This document shows, piece by piece, positions 1-8,634 of a DNA stretch of 24,000 nt (the stretch's first letter is position 1; each line of letters begins with the position of its first letter). Location of the stretch: positions 3,393-27,392 of the forward strand of contig JBAUNL010000466.1 in assembly GCA_049579205.1 (NCBI GenBank), in the 5' to 3' direction. Below the pieces are notes generated by a model. That model saw nothing but the letters and a program-made list of their open reading frames with translations. It searched no databases and was not told the DNA's origin. The translations under genes and the position numbers were made by a program. Source of the stretch: Rhodomicrobium sp. (GTDB lineage Bacteria; Pseudomonadota; Alphaproteobacteria; Rhizobiales; Rhodomicrobiaceae).

Positions 1-1071
1 GACAACAAGCGGAACCTTCAGGCTGGTTTCCTTTGCAGCGGCGATGATGCCTTCGGCGATAATGTCGCAACGCATGATGCCACCGAAGATGTTGACCAGG
101 ATGCCTTTCACGTTGGGATCCGAAAGGATGATCTTGAAGGCTTCCGTCACCTTTTCCTTGGAGGCGCCGCCGCCGACATCCAAGAAATTGGCCGGCTCGG
201 AACCGCATAGCTTGATGATGTCCATCGTCGCCATGGCGAGCCCTGCGCCGTTCACGAGACAGCCAATGCTGCCGTCGAGCTTCACGTAGGAAAGATCGTA
301 GCGTGAGGCCAGAACTTCGGCGGGATCCTCTTCTTCGAGATCGCGCAAGCTTACGATTTCGGAATGCCGGAAGAGGGAGTTATCATCAAAATTCAACTTC
401 GCGTCCAGGCAAACGAGGTCGCCCTTACCGGTCATGATCAGCGGGTTTATTTCGAGAAGGTTCATGTCCTTCTCGGTGAAGGCGCGATAGAGGCTGTCGA
501 TTAGCTTAACGCACTGCCTTATCTGCCCCTCTTGCAATCCGAGGGCAAAGGCCACTTCGCGTCCGTAGAATTGCGAATAGCCGGTAGCGGGATCGATTGC
601 GAGGGTGAAGATTTTCTCCGGGGTCTTATGAGCGACCTCCTCAATATCCATTCCCCCCTCAGTCGATGCGATGATCGCAACCCGTGACGAGGCGCGATCC
701 ACGACGAAAGAGAGGTAAAGCTCGCGGGATATGGCCGCCCCTTCCTCGATCAGGAGCCGCTTTACGACACGCCCCGCCGGTCCCGTCTGCACCGTGACAA
801 GTGTGTGCGTCAGCATCTGATCCGCAAAGAGCCGGACCTCATCTATGGATTTCGCAATGCGTACGCCACCCTTGTCTCCGGCCTCAGCTTCCTTGAACCG
901 GCCCTTGCCGCGTCCGCCTGCGTGGATTTGAGCCTTCACGACCCACACCGGGCCACCAAGTTCCTTCGCAGCGGCAACTGCCTCCTCAGGCGTAAAGGCA
1001 GCCTGGCCGCGCGGCACCGGCACCCCATACTCCCTTAAGATCGCTTTCGCCTGATATTCATGCACATTCAT
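1..1071 (-). CDS. sucC: succinyl-CoA ligase (ADP-forming) beta subunit, 5' part (C-terminus lies beyond the window edge)
   Basis: The minus-strand frame is open from position 1 to the ATG at 1069-1071 (357 codons). My translation starts [57 protein letters not shown], the canonical SucC ATP-grasp N-terminus. The far end reads ..[28 protein letters not shown]. It is missing from the ORF track because the window truncates it. It sits immediately downstream of mdh, as in many alphaproteobacteria. Confidence 0.95.
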   Translation of the reverse strand, partial: MNVHEYQAKAILREYGVPVPRGQAAFTPEEAVAAAKELGGPVWVVKAQIHAGGRGKGRFKEAEAGDKGGVRIAKSIDEVRLFADQMLTHTLVTVQTGPAGRVVKRLLIEEGAAISRELYLSFVVDRASSRVAIIASTEGGMDIEEVAHKTPEKIFTLAIDPATGYSQFYGREVAFALGLQEGQIRQCVKLIDSLYRAFTEKDMNLLEINPLIMTGKGDLVCLDAKLNFDDNSLFRHSEIVSLRDLEEEDPAEVLASRYDLSYVKLDGSIGCLVNGAGLAMATMDIIKLCGSEPANFLDVGGGASKEKVTEAFKIILSDPNVKGILVNIFGGIMRCDIIAEGIIAAAKETSLKVPLVV

Positions 1072-1145
1072 CGGTTGCTCGCCTTAATTTAAAGAAAGCC
1101 GCGATAGCTGGGTGCTCTGCCGGAGAAGGCAGAAACAGGTTTTAT

Positions 1146-2144
<999 letters not shown>

Positions 2145-2191
2145 TTACCGCGGGCGCCAGGCCGCGCTTTCATTGTACTGAGTTATCCGCA

Positions 2192-2222
2192 TTTTAAAAG
2201 CGCCGCAAGAATTGCGCAGCGC
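2192..2222 (-). terminator. candidate rho-independent terminator downstream of the Sel1-repeat gene
   Basis: The minus-strand RNA would read GCGCUGC-(9-nt loop)-GCGGCGC. That is a 7-bp GC-rich stem with one G-U pair, which pairs better on the minus strand than on the plus strand. It is followed by UUUUAAAA and lies about 30 nt after the stop at 2252. Confidence 0.45.
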
Positions 2223-2251
2223 GAAGATCAGGGTAGCTGAATGCGGCCCAT

Positions 2252-3250
2252 TCAGCGAGCCGCCTGACCAGAAGCCTCTCGCCAGGCTTCTGCCAGTTTT
2301 TCCGCTTCTCTCCGCTCTCCGGGCCGTAGCGACATCACCAGAAGATCGAGCCTGAAATCTGCCTCGCCTGACTGTCTTGCCAATAGATGCCACTTAGCGG
2401 CCTGAATCCGGTCTGCCTGTACACCAAATCCTGCCGAATACGCCCTCGCAAGCCTGTTTTGGGCAACCGCATTTCCGCGCTCGGCCGCGACGCGCAAAAG
2501 TGCCACGGCTGCCAACTCATCCTTCGGCACAACTTTCCCATTCGCAAGCATGATCGCATATTCGACCTCGGCATCGGCATTGCCTTGATCGGCGGCCTTT
2601 TTCAGCCACATTGCAGCCTTTGCGGGGTCCTTTGGCATGCCCTCGCCGGAGCGGTAAAGGGCACTGAGATCGTAGGCGGCCTGCGCGTTATCTTTTTTGG
2701 CGGCTTGCTCTAGCCAATAGGCGGCCTTTTGCATGTCCTGCGGGCGAACCCAGCCCTCGACATAGGTTTGGGCAAGGTTATAAGCGGCGAGGGTGTGGCC
2801 TTGCTGCGCTGCGGCCTCGAAAAAGTCCGCGGCTTTCTTCGCATCCTTTTTTACTCCCCGGCCCTCCCTGAGCATCACACCCAACAAAAATTGTGCATGC
2901 ATATCACCCGCCACGGCGCCCTTCGTGAACCATTCGACGGCCTTGGCATCATCCCGCCGGACGCCTAGGCCTTGTTCATATATTTTCCCGATGAGAGTGT
3001 TGGCCTGGATTTCGCCTCCGGCTGCGGCGGCCGTTGCGAGCTTCAGAGCCTCCTCATAGTGACCGGAATCGAAGGCGGCATAAGCGGGATCATAGGCGGA
3101 AGCAGGCGTCTCCGATGTCGTCCACCCCGCTTTTCCCGCATTTGCAGGTTTTGGTGCCGCAAAGCCGGAAACGCAGCCGGCAACGGTAATAAATGCGCAA
3201 CAAGCGATCGCCGGAAGGAGCTTCGACCGGATCATGTCCCCTCTTGTCAA
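2252..3250 (-). CDS. Sel1/TPR-like repeat protein, probable lipoprotein
   Basis: 332-aa ORF. The N-terminus ..LLPAIACCAFITVAGCVSG has a signal peptide and a lipobox-like VAGC. About six or seven tandem Sel1-type repeats follow (A..W..KAA..G...A...LG..Y..G.GV..D...A..W). The start may instead be the internal Met at 3235. Confidence 0.8.
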   Translation of the reverse strand: MTRGDMIRSKLLPAIACCAFITVAGCVSGFAAPKPANAGKAGWTTSETPASAYDPAYAAFDSGHYEEALKLATAAAAGGEIQANTLIGKIYEQGLGVRRDDAKAVEWFTKGAVAGDMHAQFLLGVMLREGRGVKKDAKKAADFFEAAAQQGHTLAAYNLAQTYVEGWVRPQDMQKAAYWLEQAAKKDNAQAAYDLSALYRSGEGMPKDPAKAAMWLKKAADQGNADAEVEYAIMLANGKVVPKDELAAVALLRVAAERGNAVAQNRLARAYSAGFGVQADRIQAAKWHLLARQSGEADFRLDLLVMSLRPGERREAEKLAEAWREASGQAAR

Positions 3251-3256
3251 AGATGC

Positions 3257-3844
3257 TCAGGTCTGGCTTTGCAAACCCAACTCTATTGCGAAAGTAAGGC
3301 TTTCTCCGGCATGTCCGGTTTCCTCAAGTAAAACAAAGTCGGGGCGGCCCGCGGTGAGGAGGCTGGAATCGGGCCGTGACGTGCCAAGCAAAAGCGCCCC
3401 CGGGACCTCTGTGACTTCGCCCCACCACGAAGAAAGGTCCGCGGCTTCTTCCCATGCCGAAGGATTGGAAGCGTTGAAAGCGAAAAAATCGGCGCCGGCT
3501 TCGGCGCTCTCCATTGCAGCATGGCGGCTCAGGCCGCAAGCCACTCCAATGATGGCGCCACTGCCAAGAGTTTGGCGGGCCTGCACGAGATTTGCGTCAG
3601 GAGATGAAAAATAGATGCCGTCCGCCCCGGAATTCCGCACGTCATCCACAGCATCGGCGAGCAGGACTGCAAGCTGAAGAGGCTTCGCCTTCTTTAAAAA
3701 CTCCGCGAGGGGCTCCCTGGAAGGAGCCTTGAAGATTATTGCCGCAGGCCGAAACCGCGCGGCCAGCTCGGTGAGATTGGCCGCCCAATCTGGCTGCAAA
3801 GCTGGTCCGGCGATAACAATAAGCCCACAGGCCTTGGCTTCCAT
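3257..3844 (-). CDS. thiamine-phosphate synthase (ThiE/TenI)-like protein
   Basis: The translation contains ..AVLLADAVDDVRNSGADGIYFSSPDANLVQARQTLGSGAIIGVACGLSRHAAMESAEAGADFFAF... This fits the TMP-TENI pattern (..Nd....a...gaDGvH....d.....aR......iG.S.......A...gaDY..). I placed the start at MEAKACGLIV (ATG at 3844) so it does not overlap the gap stop at 3849. Function is uncertain. Confidence 0.6.
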   Translation of the reverse strand: MEAKACGLIVIAGPALQPDWAANLTELAARFRPAAIIFKAPSREPLAEFLKKAKPLQLAVLLADAVDDVRNSGADGIYFSSPDANLVQARQTLGSGAIIGVACGLSRHAAMESAEAGADFFAFNASNPSAWEEAADLSSWWGEVTEVPGALLLGTSRPDSSLLTAGRPDFVLLEETGHAGESLTFAIELGLQSQT

Positions 3845-3848
3845 CTGC

Positions 3849-4856
3849 CTAGATGAGCTTTCCCATCGCAACAGCTACGTCTGCCATGCGGCATGAGAAG
3901 CCCCACTCATTGTCGTACCAGGAAAGAACCCGGACCAGACGCCCATCCACGATCTGGGTCTGGGTCATGTCGAAGTTCGATGAATAAGGGTTGTGATTGA
4001 AATCCACCGAAACAACCTCATCCTTGACGACCGAAAGGATGCCCTTCAGCTCCTGCTGCGAAGCGCGCTCCATTGCAGTGTTGATGTCACTGACGCTCGT
4101 TTCCCGCCCCGGCACAACGCACAGATCGATGACGGAGACATTCGGCGTTGGCACGCGGATAGCGGTGCCGTCGAGCTTGCCCGCGAGGCTTGGAAGCACA
4201 AGGCCGACGGCCTTGGCCGCGCCCGTTGAGGTGGGAATCATCGACAGAGCTGCGGCTCGTGCGCGCCTCAAATCCTTGTGCGGAAGGTCGAGAATACGCT
4301 GATCGTTGGTGTAGGAGTGAATTGTGGTCATGTAGCCCTGGGCAATCCCGCAGAGATCATTGATGACCTTGGCAACGGGAGCGAGGCAATTCGTGGTGCA
4401 GGAGGCGTTCGAGACCACTTCATGACCCCGCTCCAGCTTATCGTGGTTCACGCCATAAACCACCGTCAGATCCGCCCCTTTTGCGGGCGCCGACACAAGC
4501 ACCTTCTTCGCTCCGGCTCGCAGGTGCATCGCAGCTTTTTCACGATCAGAGAAGATGCCCGTGCATTCCATGACAACATCGGCGTTCATGGCCGCCCAGG
4601 GCAGCTTGGACGGATCGCGCTCGGCAAGCACCTTTATGGGGCCGCGGCCAATGTCGAAATAATCTGGACCAACCTTGATCTCGCCGCGGAAGGGCCCGTG
4701 GACTGAATCGTATTTCAGCAAATGCACATTAGTATGGACGTCGGTCAAATCATTGATCGCAATGATTTCAATGTCGTTGCGATTGTTTTCGTGTATCGCC
4801 CGGAGAATGTTCCGGCCAATCCGGCCGAAGCCGTTAATTGCTACCCTGACAGTCAT
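3849..4856 (-). CDS. gap: glyceraldehyde-3-phosphate dehydrogenase, type I
   Basis: 335-aa ORF beginning MTVRVAINGFGRIGRN. It carries the active-site motif SNASCTTNCLAP and ends ..WYDNEWGFSCRM.., a textbook GAPDH. Confidence 0.97.
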   Translation of the reverse strand: MTVRVAINGFGRIGRNILRAIHENNRNDIEIIAINDLTDVHTNVHLLKYDSVHGPFRGEIKVGPDYFDIGRGPIKVLAERDPSKLPWAAMNADVVMECTGIFSDREKAAMHLRAGAKKVLVSAPAKGADLTVVYGVNHDKLERGHEVVSNASCTTNCLAPVAKVINDLCGIAQGYMTTIHSYTNDQRILDLPHKDLRRARAAALSMIPTSTGAAKAVGLVLPSLAGKLDGTAIRVPTPNVSVIDLCVVPGRETSVSDINTAMERASQQELKGILSVVKDEVVSVDFNHNPYSSNFDMTQTQIVDGRLVRVLSWYDNEWGFSCRMADVAVAMGKLI

Positions 4857-4922
4857 CTATCTTGTTCCAAGTGGAGGGGGCTTTCGCACATTGTAGTTTC
4901 GTGGGCTACACTAGATCGCGCC

Positions 4923-4938
4923 CTTGCAAAAATGCAAG
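4923..4938. promoter_or_regulatory. perfect palindrome CTTGCA-AAAA-TGCAAG upstream of gap (candidate transcription-factor site)
   Basis: 16-bp dyad located 67-82 nt upstream of the gap ATG, in the gap/5109 divergent region. A related half-repeat, GCAAATGCAA, sits at 4971-4980. The 5-4-5 geometry (TTGCA-N4-TGCAA) resembles Crp/Fnr-family boxes. No regulator is assigned. Confidence 0.3.
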
Positions 4939-5108
4939 AGGACAAGCTGCTCGGGGAACGCCAGCTGCACGCAAATGCAATCTAAAGCCGGAAACAAAAA
5001 TCCAGTCAGAACGCAGTTATGCTAAGCATTTCGCGTTAACCTTTCCCTGGTAGAAAAACTAACAACAAGAATGGCAGCTTCGATTAAAGCCTCAGTAAGG
5101 GAAGGCAT

Positions 5109-5939
5109 ATGCGCATCGTCTATCCGAATTACCTTTTAGCCTTTTCGGCAGCCCTCACCGTCGGGTTTGGTTTCTCATTCTGGCATTCGGTTTCTGAAAA
5201 CAAAGAGCTTCTTCGTTCCAATCATGTCGCTGCAATGGCTCTTGAGGCCGCGCGGGACGAAGTGAAGGCACTTCGTGATCAGCTCCCTGTCGAGATCAGG
5301 GCCCGGGAGTTCGCGGAGGCTGCGCAAGCCGTGGCCGAGAATGGGGAGCGTTCCACGCGCCAGAAGCTGTATGAACTAAGCAAAGCCCGGCAAGAAGCCG
5401 AGGCCGCGAAAGTGCGAGCAGGAGCAGAGTTACAGGTGGCTAGGCAGCAGCTCTCGCAGCGGGAAAAAGCGCTGCAAACCGCTGAATTGGCCAGGGACGA
5501 TGCCGAAAATGCCTTCAAAACGATCGCAAACAGGCTGAACGAAGAAAACCTGGCGCGAAAGGAAGCCGGGCTTGACCCGTTCATGGCGAGTGGGGGATTT
5601 TACATGTACGGCCGGAACCCCGCCATTGAACCCGTATCGAGCGGGGAAGGAACAAGCGGCCTCTGGGTGGGAGTGCCAAATGCGCCCGAGGCCATGCCAA
5701 AGGGCACCGCAAAAGAGGAGGTGTCTGCAAAAGCACAGCCAGCAGCCGCCTTGGAAAGCCGAAGCTCAGTCCATGCGGTGAAAACCCCGGCGCCTGCCGG
5801 ATCAGGACTGCGCACAGCCTCCGGATCTTGGCACGCCACATTGACCCGAGTGGCAGTCTCCGTACGGCGTGATGCGCAATGTGGCTACCTATTTTGCCGC
5901 AAGAACACGCCTAAAAGGGCGCTTAGCGCGAAGCGATAA
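5109..5939 (+). CDS. membrane-anchored coiled-coil protein (hypothetical)
   Basis: 276-aa ORF with an AAGGGAAGG Shine-Dalgarno 5 nt upstream. It has an N-terminal hydrophobic helix (YLLAFSAALTVGFGFSFW), then about 130 aa rich in A/E/R/Q (coiled-coil-like), then a Pro/Ala/Ser-rich tail. I recognise no family. The extent of the C-terminus is uncertain. Confidence 0.5.
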   Translation: MRIVYPNYLLAFSAALTVGFGFSFWHSVSENKELLRSNHVAAMALEAARDEVKALRDQLPVEIRAREFAEAAQAVAENGERSTRQKLYELSKARQEAEAAKVRAGAELQVARQQLSQREKALQTAELARDDAENAFKTIANRLNEENLARKEAGLDPFMASGGFYMYGRNPAIEPVSSGEGTSGLWVGVPNAPEAMPKGTAKEEVSAKAQPAAALESRSSVHAVKTPAPAGSGLRTASGSWHATLTRVAVSVRRDAQCGYLFCRKNTPKRALSAKR

Positions 5940-5943
5940 CGCT

Positions 5944-6444
5944 TTACAAGCGGGCGGGGCGAGCGGCAGATCGCGCGGAAATGTTGAGCGCCACGGCGGC
6001 GCGAATGAGCGCCTTCAACGCCTCTTCATCGATCTTATCGCCCTCATGAATATCGATGGCGCGCCTCACATTGCCTTCGAGGCTGGAGTTGAAGAGGCCT
6101 GAAAGGTCGTCCAGCGAGGCGCCCTTGGCGAAGGTCAGCTTCACTTTATCCTTGTACGTCTCGCCGGTGCAGACGATGCCGGCGTGCTCCCATACCGGAA
6201 CGCCTCTCCACTTCCACTCCTCGACAACTTCGGGGCAGGCGTCTTTGATGAGACTTCGGACCCGCGCGAGCGTCTCGCCCCGCCAATCACCCAGCTCCTT
6301 GATTCTCGCATCGATCAGCTGAGAGGGAGAGTCTCCTTCTCTTCCTTCTCCTTCATTAGAGCCTCTCTTGCTCGTCTTCTTCATGGTTGTTGTCGCTTTC
6401 TTCATATAGACTCTGCTGCGGCCGTTCTGGTCCGAAGCGGACAC
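5944..6444 (-). CDS. DUF1801 (YdhG-like) domain protein
   Basis: The core sequence ..IDARIKELGDWRGETLARVRSLIKDACPEVVEEWKWRGVPVWEHAGIVCTGETYKDKVKLTFAKGASL.. matches the DUF1801/YdhG pattern as I remember it. The ORF-track start is a GTG at 6444. Internal ATGs at 6405 or 6384 (MKKATTT / MKKTSKRG) are equally plausible starts. Confidence 0.7.
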   Translation of the reverse strand: MSASDQNGRSRVYMKKATTTMKKTSKRGSNEGEGREGDSPSQLIDARIKELGDWRGETLARVRSLIKDACPEVVEEWKWRGVPVWEHAGIVCTGETYKDKVKLTFAKGASLDDLSGLFNSSLEGNVRRAIDIHEGDKIDEEALKALIRAAVALNISARSAARPARL

Positions 6445-6699
6445 TCAGCCGGCTAAGCGATACCAGCGCGTGAAGGCTGCTCGACCTTCAGACTCAGCGA
6501 TAGCAGCAGATGCATAGACGCCATTGGGGGGCAGTGTTTGCCAACCTTCCGACATGATATCGCCTTCGTCTTCCGAAACGGAATGGTACTGTTCCGCAAA
6601 GGTAAAATGCCCGTCGTCGCGCTGCAGTATAACGATCCGCCTGCGCGGGTGGATTGCATCGGCAATTTGAACGGTCTCGAGTTCTTTGACGATCTTCAC
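6445..6699 (-). CDS. hypothetical 84-aa protein
   Basis: GTG-initiated ORF abutting the DUF1801 gene. The sequence looks like a real protein (..RIVILQRDDGHFTFAEQYHSVSEDEG..WQTLPPNGVYASAAIAESEGRAAF..). I recognise no family and the Shine-Dalgarno is weak. Confidence 0.35.
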   Translation of the reverse strand: MKIVKELETVQIADAIHPRRRIVILQRDDGHFTFAEQYHSVSEDEGDIMSEGWQTLPPNGVYASAAIAESEGRAAFTRWYRLAG

Positions 6700-6836
6700 G
6701 TTCGTTTCTGCCTTCAGCGACTCGCATAGTAGCGGCCCGCTTAGCTACTTTCGCCGACGTTATGGATTTTGCGTTCATTCCAACTGATAGATCCTCGATC
6801 CGATGAACGGCCGTCGATGTCCGCTATGCGCCGTCG

Positions 6837-7420
6837 CTAACGGACAGTCGAGTCCCATGTTAGCTGCCGTGTGCGCAAAGCTTCGAAATACGATTCGGAT
6901 GGCGGCGTTAGCCCAAACCGCAGGGCAGAGAGGAAGCCTTCAGGCGGCTTATAGTGATGTTCACTGATGTAGTGATAGATCAAACTTGGCGCGGCGTAGA
7001 ACTGACCTGAGCGGCCGAGAATGCGCGGCCATCCGCCGCCCATTCCGCGATAGCCGGCCTCGTCCTGCGGCCTGAAGCGCGATTGCTCCATACGCACATG
7101 CGTTCCATTGGCGCGCGGCGTCAGTGTCCAAGTCACGATCGACTTGAGTCCGTCACGCGCCTGTTCGCCCGACCCGTTCCAGCTGTAGACCAGCCGTTGG
7201 TGCGGCACGATTTCGAGAACCTCGCAATCCGTGACGCCGTTCCAACCCATTACAGGCTGGGCGCGGAAATTGAATTTGTGACCGATGACCGGCTGAAAAT
7301 CGTTCTTCTCAGCCACCCTTCGATCAGCGTGCTTTGCGTCAGAGCGCGCCAGATCTTCTCTGGCGGGTGCGGCATGTCGCGTTCCACGACGATGGAACGC
7401 AAGGCGATAGTCTCGTTCAT
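6837..7420 (-). pseudogene. SRPBCC/AHSA1-family protein gene, disrupted by a 1-nt frameshift and carrying a foreign-looking C-terminal tail
   Basis: The N-terminal 37 aa (MNETIALRSIVVERDMPHPPEKIWRALTQSTLIEGWL) are read from the ATG at 7418-7420. That ATG overlaps the arsR stop as ATGA. The rest of the domain (..KNDFQPVIGHKFNFRAQPVMGWNGVTDCEVLEIVPHQRLVYSWNG..VTWTLTPRANGTHVRMEQS..) is in a different frame (ORF 6837..7316). The junction reads TGG CTG AGA AGA ACG. Restoring one base after CTGA gives W-L-x-K-N-D-F. Confidence 0.7.
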
Positions 7421-7740
7421 TGGTCCATCCTTTTGAGCAGATCTTCTAGGCGGTCGAACCGGCTTTGCCAAAACCCGGCCATTTGGCTTGTCCAGTCGAT
7501 CAGCGGGGCCAAGGCGCCGAGCTGCGCGCTATAGTGCGTCTGGCGGCCTTCGTGGCGGTCACGCACCAGTCCGGCCTGCTTCAGGACCCCAAGATGCTTT
7601 GAGACGGCCGGTTGCGAGATCCCGGCCTGAGCTGTCAGGGCCCCGACCGTCTGCTCTCCGTCCCGGCACAGGCGCTCGAAGATGGCCCGCCGCGTCGGAT
7701 CGGCGAGCGTTCTGAAGAGCACATCGTGAGCGTTCGGCAT
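7417..7740 (-). CDS. ArsR/SmtB-family transcriptional regulator
   Basis: 107-aa ORF with ..FRTLADPTRRAIFERLCRDGEQTVGALTAQAGISQPAVSKHLGVLKQAGLV.., a winged-HTH ArsR signature. It is paired with a downstream SRPBCC gene, which is a very common ArsR-AHSA1 arrangement. Confidence 0.9.
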   Translation of the reverse strand: MPNAHDVLFRTLADPTRRAIFERLCRDGEQTVGALTAQAGISQPAVSKHLGVLKQAGLVRDRHEGRQTHYSAQLGALAPLIDWTSQMAGFWQSRFDRLEDLLKRMDQ

Positions 7741-7761
7741 CGGGATCGAGAACCCTCCACC

Positions 7762-8154
7762 CTACCAGCGCGCCAGCTGGGTGATTTGAATGAGATTGCC
7801 GCAGGTGTCATTCAGCTGGGCGATGGTGGAGCCGGTCACCTCGGTGGGCGGCATGGTGAACTCGGCACCGCGCGCTTTGAGGCGCTCGTAGTCGCCCTTG
7901 AGGTCGCCCGTGAAGAACATGACCGCGGGCTGGCCCTGCTGGAACATGGCTTGCTGGTAGGCCTTGGCCGCCGGGTTGCCGTTGAGCGCGAGTTGCAGCT
8001 CGGTTCCGTCCCGCTCTTCGGGTGAGGCGACGGTTAGCCAGCGAAACGGCCCATTGCTGAAATCGGCCTTCTTGGTAAAACCCAGCACTTCGGTGTAGAA
8101 GCGCAGAGCCTTTTCCTGGTCGTCCACATACACGCTGGTCAACTTGATCTTCAT
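7762..8154 (-). CDS. VOC-family (glyoxalase/bleomycin-resistance fold) protein
   Basis: 130-aa ORF beginning MKIKLTSVYVDDQEKALRFYTEVLGFTKK and containing ..FRWLTV..ELQLA..AVMFFTGDL..YERLKARGAEF... This matches the typical VOC beta-alpha-beta-beta-beta module pattern. A GGAGAG Shine-Dalgarno lies upstream. It is the first gene of the VOC-ArsR-SRPBCC operon. Confidence 0.85.
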   Translation of the reverse strand: MKIKLTSVYVDDQEKALRFYTEVLGFTKKADFSNGPFRWLTVASPEERDGTELQLALNGNPAAKAYQQAMFQQGQPAVMFFTGDLKGDYERLKARGAEFTMPPTEVTGSTIAQLNDTCGNLIQITQLARW

Positions 8155-8207
8155 TGCTATTCTCTCCGTTTGTCACGGTCGCGGCGTGGTGCCGCGTCAT
8201 AAGACCG

Positions 8208-8241
8208 ATAACCTCCTGGTTATTGATTGACGTATAACCAG
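8208..8241. promoter_or_regulatory. nested inverted repeats of ATAACC/GGTTAT upstream of the VOC-arsR operon (candidate ArsR operator)
   Basis: The sequence is ATAACC(8208-8213)-TCCT-GGTTAT(8218-8223). In addition, CTGGTTAT(8216-8223)-N10-ATAACCAG(8234-8241) forms perfect 8-bp arms. The element lies 54-87 nt upstream of the VOC ATG at 8154. ArsR/SmtB repressors typically bind dyads in their own promoter. Confidence 0.35.
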
Positions 8242-8634
8242 TCAGATATGTGTGGGTCAAGCAGGAAGGTGGGGCGGCATAATGATGCTCCTCACAAGAG
8301 CACCAGCACGCGGGGCGCGCTGCACTGTTCCATAGAGAAATAGCAGACTTCGCGCCGGCGCGTCTTAAAGGTCCTTGGCCTTTTTTGACTTCTGCGCGCC
8401 TCAATACTCGAAGCCCGATACTGCCAGATCTCCAAGGACTTCACTGCCATTGCGGGCAGAGATTGAATTTACCATACCCATTGGTTATGCATCATCATGA
8501 TCGCCACCGATATGTGGTCGCCGATACGCGCTTGTTATGGCTGCTATCCGCAGCAGGCTACGCCATGCAACCTTGTATGCAGGCCGGGTCTTTTTTAGCC
8601 TTATCGAAAGCCGGTCACACTTTTCGGCGCGATG

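Noticed and set aside
1116-1133. 6-bp hairpin TCTGCC/GGCAGA between mdh and sucC
   Set aside because: The stem is short and no U-tract follows on the minus strand. mdh and sucC are probably co-transcribed. The evidence is too weak to call a terminator or attenuator.
3845-3871. Longer N-terminus (MRWESSSRQ) for the ThiE-like ORF
   Set aside because: It would overlap the gap coding region by 23 nt. The internal Met at 3844 avoids the overlap.
7808-8404. 198-aa minus-strand ORF
   Set aside because: It overlaps the VOC gene out of frame and runs into the non-coding gap. The sequence is Arg/Ala/Pro-rich junk, and the VOC frame has clear homology features.
8469-8498. Mini-ORF MMMHNQWVW on the minus strand (looks like a leader peptide)
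   Set aside because: Trp codons suggested a trp-type attenuator. However, the downstream genes (VOC/ArsR) are unrelated to Trp biosynthesis, and no alternative terminator/antiterminator structures are evident.
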